This document shows, piece after piece, positions 26,867 to 35,933 of a stretch of DNA of 62,589 bases. The DNA lies in contig DAOOVZ010000001.1 in NCBI GenBank assembly GCA_035370665.1, positions 1-62,589 on the forward strand. Direction: 5' to 3'. The stretch is from Candidatus Hydrogenedens sp. (lineage in GTDB: Bacteria > Hydrogenedentota > Hydrogenedentia > Hydrogenedentales > Hydrogenedentaceae). Below the pieces are notes generated by a model, which did not search any database, was not told where the DNA came from, and saw nothing but the letters and a program-made list of their open reading frames with translations. The stretch's first letter is position 1. The number at the start of each line of letters is the position of its first letter. Both the position numbers and the translations under genes were made by a program.

Positions 26867-27349
26867 ATGGATAGCAAATTTATTTATCTTGTTCAACATG
26901 GAGAAGCAATTGATAAAGAAACAAATTCATCTCGACCTCTTACAGAAAAGGGTATAGAAACAGTTCAAACAATGGGCAAGTTTTTGCAAGAACATAATTG
27001 CAAAGTTGATGTTATCTGGCATAGTCCAAAACTGCGTGCCCGTGAGACAGCAGAAATATTATCTTCATGTTTAGGAATTGAAGCAAGTTCAATAAATGAG
27101 TATAAGGAATTAGAACCCAATGAACCAATAAAAAAGACCATAAAATTGATTCAGAAGTCATTAGAACAAAGCATTATGCTTGTGGGACATTTACCTCATT
27201 TATCACGGTTAGCAGGTCTATTGCTGTGCGAAAACGAAAATAAAGAGATAATAGCATTTCAGAAAGGTGGTGTTGTTTGCTTAGAGTCACAAGAGCCAGG
27301 TGTTTCAGTAGTTCATTGGATATTAGTCCCTTCATTATTTGTTTATTAA
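26867..27349 (+). CDS. sixA: Phosphohistidine phosphatase SixA
   Basis: IYLVQHGEA ... RPLTEKG ... HSPKLRARETAEI ... LVGHLPHL. Confidence 0.85.
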   Translation: MDSKFIYLVQHGEAIDKETNSSRPLTEKGIETVQTMGKFLQEHNCKVDVIWHSPKLRARETAEILSSCLGIEASSINEYKELEPNEPIKKTIKLIQKSLEQSIMLVGHLPHLSRLAGLLLCENENKEIIAFQKGGVVCLESQEPGVSVVHWILVPSLFVY

Positions 27350-27669
27350 TTTTATTTGATGATTTTCCTGCACAATTTATTGTGGATAGAAACATTATTA
27401 TTCCTTATTTTTGTCAAACCATATCATTGTCGAAATTATGGAAGAATTGCCTTGTTTTTATCAGACAGTAATTAATCAGTTTAATCAAATGATAAAAAAT
27501 TATAAAGATATAATATTTTAATAAACCTCACCTGAATGGTAAATTCGTCCTATACGGTAAAGAATCATTTTCAAATGGTAATGGTCTTTCTTAAATGATA
27601 GACCTTATTGAAATGATAATTTTTTTCTGCGGTAAATTATTTAAAAAATTAAAAATGAAATTTTATTTT

Positions 27670-28716
27670 TCAAATGTTTATAAAATTATTATTCGATTGT
27701 GCTTGATGAAGGTATTGTTCTGTATATGATAGGACCATCTCAGGGGTAATCAGTTTCATACAACGATGGTCGGTTGGACACTCAGGTAATTGACATGGAC
27801 CACATTCCACGGGAACACGAAGGACTATCCCTCGTTCCCATGGGCTTTCTGTGTATTCTGGCTTTGTCGGTCCCATGATACATATCACTGGCACCCCAAA
27901 CGCAATGGCAATATGACGAGGTCCACTATCATTACATATAAGTAAATCCAGACTTTTAATCACGGCTTTTAGTCGGGAAAGGCTATGATTTGTTTTTGAT
28001 GGGTCTAAAAACTTTGTTTCGCAATATTTTTCAAAGTTGTCTTTGAGTTCCTGTTCGTCGGGTCCTGTAATAAGTATAGGAATAGCATGATACCGTTTAT
28101 GCAATTCCGTAGCCACTTTTGCAAAGCGTTCTATATCCCATCGTTTACTGGGTCCGAATGAAGCACCAGGAGCAATGCCCACAAGCGGTCCTTTAATGTT
28201 TTCTGCTTCTAACACCTGTCGCCATGCTAATTCTTCATCTACAGGAACTGCTAATTCTAATCCTTTGTCGTCAGTCATAATGTTTAACGGTTCGCACAAT
28301 TTCAGATATTCATAAGTCATATATTGGATTTTACGATTCCCTTTTTCATCTCGTTTGAAAGATATGGCATGGGTTAGCAAGAAACGGCGAGAATTGCAAT
28401 CATAGCCAATCCGTATATGTGCTCCAATCAGAAAGGATAGGAATGCTGAACGGAAGGAATGTGGCAAAATGAAACTAATGGAGTAATTATTTTTTCGCAA
28501 TTTTATGGCGAATGGAATTTGTTGGGATGGCTTATTGGGTAAAGGAAAATATTCATCAATATAGGTTAATCCGTTAAGTAGTTCACATATAGATTTTTTG
28601 GCAACTACATGTAGAGGAACATCAGGGTAGTGATTTTTTATTACACGGAATAAAGGCGTAGCCATTACTGCGTCGCCAATCCAATTGGGTGCAAAAATAA
28701 GAATAGGGTTTACCAT
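27670..28716 (-). CDS. ADP-heptose:LPS heptosyltransferase (GT9 family)
   Basis: ILIFAPNWIGDAVMATPLFRVIK at the N-terminus and LLICNDSGPRHIAIAFGVP near the C-terminus. The paralogue (WaaC/WaaF/WaaQ) cannot be decided. Confidence 0.85.
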   Translation of the reverse strand: MVNPILIFAPNWIGDAVMATPLFRVIKNHYPDVPLHVVAKKSICELLNGLTYIDEYFPLPNKPSQQIPFAIKLRKNNYSISFILPHSFRSAFLSFLIGAHIRIGYDCNSRRFLLTHAISFKRDEKGNRKIQYMTYEYLKLCEPLNIMTDDKGLELAVPVDEELAWRQVLEAENIKGPLVGIAPGASFGPSKRWDIERFAKVATELHKRYHAIPILITGPDEQELKDNFEKYCETKFLDPSKTNHSLSRLKAVIKSLDLLICNDSGPRHIAIAFGVPVICIMGPTKPEYTESPWERGIVLRVPVECGPCQLPECPTDHRCMKLITPEMVLSYTEQYLHQAQSNNNFINI

Positions 28717-28774
28717 GTCTTTTATGAATTTTCAGTCAGGTATAAGATATTTATTTTTTGGGTTCACTAAACTT

Positions 28775-30082
28775 CTAATTGTTTTTTGCTTCATTATTTT
28801 TATGGACACGGTATAAATACCATGTAAGGAATGCTGTGGACAGTGCTAATGCAATACTCATAAATAATCCAAGCCTATTTGTTCTTGCAATGCCCACCAT
28901 GGGGTCGCTGGTTTTCATAAATTGCCCAATGACCAATTCCTGAATCACTGGTCCTATACTGCCGATGCCGTTAATAATCCCAGTAACAGCGACACCATTA
29001 GCCTCGCCTGCCACTGCTATTGCCGCTGCACCTGTAAGTAAACTATCCGGTCCATAAACCATGAAACCGACAAGTCCAAAGCAAATCGCAATTACGATTG
29101 GATTAACTCCTGCATAAATTACAGCAATATATCCCAGAATAGTTCCTACACCAAACACGAAACAAACTGCTGCCCAATTTCCTTTGAACCAGTGGTCAAG
29201 GATATATCCTGCAAAGATAGTTCCCACCAGACCTGTAATATCAAATATCATAGAGTAATAACTTGCCTGGTCCACAGGCAGACCTTGAATATTCAAAAAA
29301 GAGGGAAGCCATGAATCCAGAGCATATCGCAAAAACTTTACAGCAAAATATGCGACCCCCATAATAAAAATTAATGGATTGAAAGCTACACGTAAATATT
29401 CTGAGAATGAGATATGGTCTTCTTGAGACGCTTTTATTGCCTGTCCGTAATCATTCTCCTTGTCAATAATAGGTTCTAATCCTACATCTTCTGGACGGTC
29501 CTTTTGCCAGAATAGCATTAAAGCCCAGATAAAAAGCGTTAAGAAAGTCATCCCGAAGAAAGCCCAACGCCAGCCATACGCTCCTAAAAGCATACCTCCT
29601 ATTGATTTATAAACAATGTTTGCAACGATATGGTTCGTGGTCCATATACCCATAATTGTCCCTCGTTCATTACTTCTCAGCCATCGTGAAATGCCACCGA
29701 TACAACCTGGCCAACCTGAAGCCTGCGCCAATCCATTGATAAACATGAATACAATAAAAGTAGCAAACGAATTGGCAAAACCAAAGATGGTATTACAGAC
29801 GATAGAAATCCCTAAACCTCCGAGCAGAATGACTCGCGGTCCCCATTTTCTGCCTAGAAAACTATTTAAAAATTGACCTATCATATATGCGAATAGATAT
29901 GTTGCCCAGATGTATGCTGTATCGCTCAGTTCCCAACCTAATTCAGCAGCGATAGTCGTTTTACATATCGTAAATATCTTCCGCGTCAGGTAATAGCCGA
30001 TATACCCGACATAAGTGGAGGTTAATATCTTCCATCGCCAAACTCGGTATTCAGACCCTAATGGTTTTAGTTCAATACTCAC
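28775..30082 (-). CDS. glpT: MFS organophosphate:Pi antiporter (GlpT/UhpC, OPA family)
   Basis: The N-terminal block is GlpT-like (YRVWRWKILTSTYVGYIGYYLTRKIF, GWPGCIGGISRWLRSNERG). It lies adjacent to a glycerophosphodiesterase gene. Confidence 0.7.
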   Translation of the reverse strand: MSIELKPLGSEYRVWRWKILTSTYVGYIGYYLTRKIFTICKTTIAAELGWELSDTAYIWATYLFAYMIGQFLNSFLGRKWGPRVILLGGLGISIVCNTIFGFANSFATFIVFMFINGLAQASGWPGCIGGISRWLRSNERGTIMGIWTTNHIVANIVYKSIGGMLLGAYGWRWAFFGMTFLTLFIWALMLFWQKDRPEDVGLEPIIDKENDYGQAIKASQEDHISFSEYLRVAFNPLIFIMGVAYFAVKFLRYALDSWLPSFLNIQGLPVDQASYYSMIFDITGLVGTIFAGYILDHWFKGNWAAVCFVFGVGTILGYIAVIYAGVNPIVIAICFGLVGFMVYGPDSLLTGAAAIAVAGEANGVAVTGIINGIGSIGPVIQELVIGQFMKTSDPMVGIARTNRLGLFMSIALALSTAFLTWYLYRVHKNNEAKNN

Positions 30083-30213
30083 GAAAAACTCCTTTCTTGA
30101 AAAGGATTAACCGATCCAAACGACTACATTTTATATAAGTGAAGTATGAAAACAAAAATTTGTAATTTTTTGTGTTTTATAATCTTATTAGGATATGAAA
30201 ATTATAAAAATTG

Positions 30214-31158
30214 TTATTTCAATTTACCCATCTCTTGAAGGATAGAAAGTGCAACATCGGGCTTATTTGTAATTATGCTATCCACACCCCAATTTGTAAA
30301 TTTCCGTATCTCATTTTCATCATCAACCGTCCATACGGCTACGGTTTTCCCGTCTGCATGAAATTGGTCTATTCGTTCTTTTGTTAAATGGTCTTTATTA
30401 ACATTCATACCTGCTACATTCAAGAGTTTGCCGAACATTACATAATAGTTCCACATTTCTGGGTGGTCTTTCTGTTCTTCACCAAGAAATTCCGTTCTCA
30501 AATCAGGTGCTTCATTGATAAGCACAAAGCAGATAACCGGAGAAAAGGTCTGTAATACAACTTGCTTTTCCATTTTTATTTTACGAACTGTTTTAATTGT
30601 TTCTCTTGCTAAAGTGATATTTCGAGATTTAGTGCCGTAGATTACATCTTCCAATTGCTTTTTTAATTCCGGTGTCATTTTATCTTTACCTGCGAGAGCC
30701 ATAACAATTAAAGGAATAATCGGGTCATCATTATCACTACTTTTTACTTCAATATAAACGCCAATTTTACCTCTGGCAACTTTCAAAGCGTCTTCTAGTG
30801 ACGGAATTTTTTCACCTTTATATTGAGGAGAGAACCAGGAACCTGCATCCAATTTTTTTATTTCATCCCACTTTTTTTCTGTTACCTTCCCCTCAACACC
30901 TGTAATCCTCTTTAAATCATTATCATGAATTACAGCCAACTTATTGTCCGCTGTAAGGTGAACATCAAGTTCAAACCAATGTGCTTTTAATTCAATGGCT
31001 TTCTTGAAAGCAGCAATTGTATTTTCAGGGGCATAAGCACTTGCTCCACGATGGGCAATTACATCAATGCAACCTTCTGGAGCACCCGGCACAAATCCTG
31101 TGGCACATCCAAAACATAATATCGGCGTCAACAATACCCAATACCTTATTTCACACAT
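30214..31158 (-). CDS. glpQ: Glycerophosphodiester phosphodiesterase, lipoprotein-type leader
   Basis: VIAHRGASAYAPENT ... ELDVHLTADNKLAVIHD. The N-terminal LCFGC sequence is lipobox-like. Confidence 0.85.
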   Translation of the reverse strand: MCEIRYWVLLTPILCFGCATGFVPGAPEGCIDVIAHRGASAYAPENTIAAFKKAIELKAHWFELDVHLTADNKLAVIHDNDLKRITGVEGKVTEKKWDEIKKLDAGSWFSPQYKGEKIPSLEDALKVARGKIGVYIEVKSSDNDDPIIPLIVMALAGKDKMTPELKKQLEDVIYGTKSRNITLARETIKTVRKIKMEKQVVLQTFSPVICFVLINEAPDLRTEFLGEEQKDHPEMWNYYVMFGKLLNVAGMNVNKDHLTKERIDQFHADGKTVAVWTVDDENEIRKFTNWGVDSIITNKPDVALSILQEMGKLK

Positions 31159-31319
31159 AGAGCCACTCCTTATTTATGATTGTTATTAATAGAAAAACTA
31201 CATTGAAAATTGTATATAATTGTGTTCATTAACTTCAAAATTGGAAACAATTTACAAATACATTCTCTATGGCTACTATTAGCACGATTGCCCTATTTCC
31301 ATTTTGTAATAAAGTGAAA

Positions 31320-31724
31320 TTATATGTTTAATGGAGTGGATAGGAAACGGAGAAATAGTCCTAAAAGTGTGATGATAAATCCCAGCCCAGAACATATAAC
31401 TCCTCCCCAATAAGCGCCCACAGCAATTTGCCCTGTCCCAAGCAGAAAATCGAAAATAACACAAATCAGTCCAAAAATAACAAGGAACACGCCTGTGGCA
31501 ACAAAATCCACAGGGAAGCTCTCACTAATCTCATCATGTTCGGACTCAAATAATTCGCGAATCTGGGGAACTTTCTCAACCAGGTCGGGAGATTCTTCTA
31601 GCCTCTCTAAAAGCGCTACTCGAACCCGATAATTAATCCAGACACGACCAATGGCTTTAAGGGACAAATAAAATATAGTTATAACTACAAAAAGTAAAGG
31701 CAAACTCATAAGAACTTCTCTCAC
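31320..31724 (-). CDS. Small membrane protein, unknown function
   Basis: Three hydrophobic segments. It occupies the space better than the overlapping 61-aa ORF. Confidence 0.5.
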   Translation of the reverse strand: MREVLMSLPLLFVVITIFYLSLKAIGRVWINYRVRVALLERLEESPDLVEKVPQIRELFESEHDEISESFPVDFVATGVFLVIFGLICVIFDFLLGTGQIAVGAYWGGVICSGLGFIITLLGLFLRFLSTPLNI

Positions 31725-31915
31725 TATTTATTCTCCTTTTATGACACAACTTTTCAAAAAAAGTTTCAGTAATATCATACACACCTTTCTATATTTTTTA
31801 CAAAATTGTTCTTTTATTTGTTACAACCTTAATTTGAATTTTCTCTTCCCGATGTAGAAAAATAAATATAATGTGATAAGTCAAAAATTATGGCAAATTT
31901 AAAAAGGATACACTT

Positions 31916-32911
31916 ATGGAATACCGAACACTTGGCAAAACAAATACTAAAGTTCCTGTGGTCTCATTTGGTTCCTGGGCAATTGGTGGCTGGCAATGGG
32001 GTGGAACAGATGATGACCAGGCAAGAAGAGCAATTCAACGAGGTATTGACCTTGGCGTAACTTGTATTGATACTGCACCGGTATATGGCTTTGGGCATAG
32101 TGAAACAATAGTTGGTGAGGCAATTCAAGGTAAAAGGGATAAACTTGTCATCGCTACAAAATGTGGACTACGCTGGGATACAGAGGAAGGCGAATTTTTC
32201 TTTGATACAGTAGACCGAAATGGAAATCCTCTAAAACTTTATCGCAATCTTCGTCCCGATTCAATCCGCAAAGAATGCGAGAACAGTCTACGCCGTTTGA
32301 AGATAGATGTAATTGACCTTTACCAGTGTCACTGGCCTGATAAAACGACCCAACTGGAAGATACAATGGACGCTTTATTAACATTGCAAAAGGAAGGAAA
32401 GATACGCTATATCGGTGTCAGTAATTTTACAATAGAAATGATGGAGACCTGTTTAAGAAAAGGTAGAATTGAAAGTGCTCAACCTAAATACAACGCATTA
32501 GAGCGGGATATCGAATCTGAACTTTTGCCATTCTGTCGTGAGAACCAAATTTCCGTTCTTGCATATAGTCCAATTGCTCAGGGATTACTTACAGGCAAAG
32601 TAACATTAGATAGAGAATTTCCGCATGGTGATTTACGCAGAGATAACGCGATGTTCTCACCCGTTAATCGTAGACGCATTCTGAACATGTTAGATAGAGT
32701 AAAACCCATTGCAGAAGGATATGGCATAACACTCGGTCAATTATTTATAGCATGGACAGTTCATCAACCTGGTATTACCACTGCACTGGTAGGTGCAAGA
32801 AACGAAAAGCAAATTGAAGAAAATGCTCGTGCTGGTTCTGTTCGTCTTACAGACAAAGACTTGCATGATATTCGCGCAGCCATCAAAGAAATGGAACCAC
32901 TGCAACTATAA
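31916..32911 (+). CDS. Aldo/keto reductase
   Basis: GSWAIGG, IDTAPVYG.G.SE, LVIATK, IRYIGVSNF, PIAQGLLTGK. Confidence 0.9.
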   Translation: MEYRTLGKTNTKVPVVSFGSWAIGGWQWGGTDDDQARRAIQRGIDLGVTCIDTAPVYGFGHSETIVGEAIQGKRDKLVIATKCGLRWDTEEGEFFFDTVDRNGNPLKLYRNLRPDSIRKECENSLRRLKIDVIDLYQCHWPDKTTQLEDTMDALLTLQKEGKIRYIGVSNFTIEMMETCLRKGRIESAQPKYNALERDIESELLPFCRENQISVLAYSPIAQGLLTGKVTLDREFPHGDLRRDNAMFSPVNRRRILNMLDRVKPIAEGYGITLGQLFIAWTVHQPGITTALVGARNEKQIEENARAGSVRLTDKDLHDIRAAIKEMEPLQL

Positions 32912-33067
32912 AGATATATAAAATATAATATAACAAGTTTATAATATTATTCCCCATCAAGAAATGTTACTAATGTGTTGCTGTAAGAAGGCAATTACAA
33001 TCTTAACAAAAGTTTTGAGCCCTATATCATTTATTTAGTTTGTAGAAGCAATGCTAAAAAAGTTCCC

Positions 33068-34315
33068 TTACTCGAGAAATTTTTCTTCTGTTTGGTCAGC
33101 ATGAGGTGCGTCCATCTCTACATTACGGCTTTGAGATTCATATTCGGGTCGGAGACACTCTTTATACCATTCATGCTGGATAATCAAATCCATGATTTCA
33201 TTTGTGCCGACCCAAATCATAGACAAGCGGATGTCTCTAACAATGCGTTCTAATGGGTATACATTTGTGTAGCCGATACCGCCTAACACTTGCATACAAT
33301 TATTGGCAATAGTCCATGCAGATTCGGTTACAAACTTTTTCGTTTCAGAAATCATGCGTCGAATGCGTCCATGATGAACCTTCCCCGAATCAATTGCTCG
33401 TGCTGTGCCGTAGACCAAACTTCTGGATGCGTCAAGTAGCATTACACTGTCCGCTACTTTGAAGCCGACTGCCTGGAAGTTGGCTATGGGTTGTCCAAAA
33501 GCTTTCCGCCGTGATGTGTAGCGAGTTGCAATTTCTATTGCAGGACGGACTGAGCCAATCGTCATGGCAGAAGTGCCTAATCGTTCAGGTATCATATTGC
33601 GGACAAACACATCAAAGCCGCCATTGATACCGTTCAAAGCATAGCGTTCAGGCACTCTAACCTCATTCAAAACAAGCCTTCCAGCACCACCACCACGAAC
33701 ACCCATAAGACCATAGATATATTTTGTCTCGACACCTTTGGTTCGTGGAATCATGAAGCATGAGAGCCGTTCGTGTTCCTGTCCTTCAGGATTGGTAACC
33801 GCATAGACCATAAACCAATCTGCCCCTTCCGCACCAACAATAAACCTCTTTTGACCAGTGATAACCCAGTCACCGCCGACTTTGTGTGCCTTTGTGGTTG
33901 CACCGAAGAAGTCTGAACCTCCACGAGGCTCAGTCAAACATTCCGCAGCACATACTTCACCTTGTAATAGCGGAACGACCACCTCTTTTTTCAATTCTTC
34001 ACATCCAAACTCAAAAATTGCCTCTGCTACAATGTCCCCGCCAACACCCCATAAACACGCCAGAGAATAACTTGCAACTCCAACTTCTTCCCCTACAATA
34101 ATATCGTCTACCCACTTCAATCCACGCCCTCCATATTCTCTGGGGATACGGATACCTAATAGTTTCCTTTTACCTGCTTCGCGTAGAAACTCTCGTGGAA
34201 ATTGTATTTTTTCTGCGTCCATGTCCAGTATCAATTCCCGAGGAATGGATTTCACAAATTCCCTCGTTTCATTGCGAAGTTTAATTTGTTCCTCAGACAT
34301 CATAAAGTCAAACAT
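33068..34315 (-). CDS. Acyl-CoA dehydrogenase
   Basis: CLTEPRGGSD and QVLGGIGY..VYPLERIVRD, the typical ACAD blocks. Confidence 0.9.
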   Translation of the reverse strand: MFDFMMSEEQIKLRNETREFVKSIPRELILDMDAEKIQFPREFLREAGKRKLLGIRIPREYGGRGLKWVDDIIVGEEVGVASYSLACLWGVGGDIVAEAIFEFGCEELKKEVVVPLLQGEVCAAECLTEPRGGSDFFGATTKAHKVGGDWVITGQKRFIVGAEGADWFMVYAVTNPEGQEHERLSCFMIPRTKGVETKYIYGLMGVRGGGAGRLVLNEVRVPERYALNGINGGFDVFVRNMIPERLGTSAMTIGSVRPAIEIATRYTSRRKAFGQPIANFQAVGFKVADSVMLLDASRSLVYGTARAIDSGKVHHGRIRRMISETKKFVTESAWTIANNCMQVLGGIGYTNVYPLERIVRDIRLSMIWVGTNEIMDLIIQHEWYKECLRPEYESQSRNVEMDAPHADQTEEKFLE

Positions 34316-34552
34316 TTCTTTCTCTCCTGTTTGAATAAAATGCTTTAATTTATTTTTAAAAGCAAAGTAATATGAATATAGTGTATCTTATATAATTGGA
34401 ATAAACAAACTATTTTATACACGAGAAAACAAAATTAAATGTCAGATTCTGTAAATAGATATTAAGAGAAAAAATTGAATAGAAAGTAATCCATCTGCCC
34501 TCACTATAGAATCATTCTGTTACTCAAAAACAATGTAGAAATAAGAAAATTT

Positions 34553-35754
34553 CTATTTGGCAGCATTCTTTTTGATAGAATTTAATAGGATATATAATCT
34601 TACCAATCGGCTATTAAATATATATTCTCCCTGAGTGTCCCCTGACCTCAACACTCCAAGTCTTTTCATCTTTTGAAGAAAATTATTACATTTTTTCTTT
34701 TCCGAATCTGATAGTTCTCTTTCAAGGTCTATTTTCCTGAATGACAAATCAAAAGACATTTTGCTCATCTTATCCAGGATAGAGTGATAATCTTTACTCC
34801 GCAAGGTTCGTAAAACCTGCTGGTCAACAAACTTTCTTCCAATATCCTCCGCAGCGCTAATAGTTCCTTTCAGAGCATCATACTTATCAATAACATTGTC
34901 TTGATTCGCCCAGAAAGTTTCATCTCCGATAATGTGCATAATTTTAGGAAAACCTGCGGAATAGTGGCACAAAAGCGATAAGGCTCCCTCAGTCACTTCT
35001 ATATTTTGAGATTGGAAGGCTTTATTAAAGAAATCTCGCATTTCGGATTTAGACATAGGGTTTATCTCAACAATATCAAAAATCCGTTCTACGGGCTGAT
35101 GATTTTGTATCATCTCACGCCTTCTCTCTTCTACCCCTGATAGGAGTAGCATCAATGGCAATGGGGCTGGGCTTAAAGCATTTTCATCCACTAACCCTTT
35201 GATAAAGTGAGCAAAATCAGGATTGGATGTGATTCCATTTATCTCATCAAGGATTAACATAATCCCCTTTATCTGTTCTTCTTTAAGTCGTTCCAAAATC
35301 TGGCGTAAAAAAGGTAAATAACCCCTTGAAATATCAGGGCTATCTGCTCTCAATGCTTCAAAATTTAACTGAACTCCAAAGAGTTCCTGTCTCCCCACAT
35401 ATTTTGATAGAAGATTACGCATTTTTCTGTAAGGGTCGGTCTATACGCAGGAGTGTTAAATAATGCTTCCACTGTTTTAATAGCAACATCTTCTAAAGAG
35501 TTTGCACCACCTAAAAGAACATGGATACCAAAAATGTGATTTTTTCTCTCCGCATAATAACGCATAAACCGAGCAAGTGAACTCTTGCCAATACCATATT
35601 CTCCTGTAAGAAAAATAGATTGTGGTTTTCCTAATTCTACCTGTCGGATTGCCCTTGCTATTTTATCAATCTCTTTCTGACGACCCACAAATAATTCAAT
35701 AGGGACTGGCTGTCCAGGATAAAAAGGGCTAATCCCTTTATTTATTTCATTCAT
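34553..35754 (-). pseudogene. ORC/Cdc6- or Arch_ATPase-like P-loop NTPase with a C-terminal winged helix, split by a frameshift
   Basis: The N-terminal ORF has FVGRQKEIDKI...IFLTGEYGIGKSSLARF (Walker A). The second ORF has IMLILDEINGI (Walker B) and a wHTH-like tail. The two frames overlap by 58 nt and would be joined by one extra A in the A5 run (T5 on the + strand, 35422-35426). Confidence 0.7.
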
Positions 35755-35933
35755 TTTCTTCCTCCATCATTTACTTGCTAATGTTTAAATGTTTAATGGA
35801 GATAATTCAAATTGTTAGAAAATAATGAGATACTAACAATTTTCAGTTGTTGACTAATTACTATAAATCTATTATAAACAAAACACCATCATAAGTTGTA
35901 TTATTAATGGGAAAAGAGGGAAATCCTTAAAGG

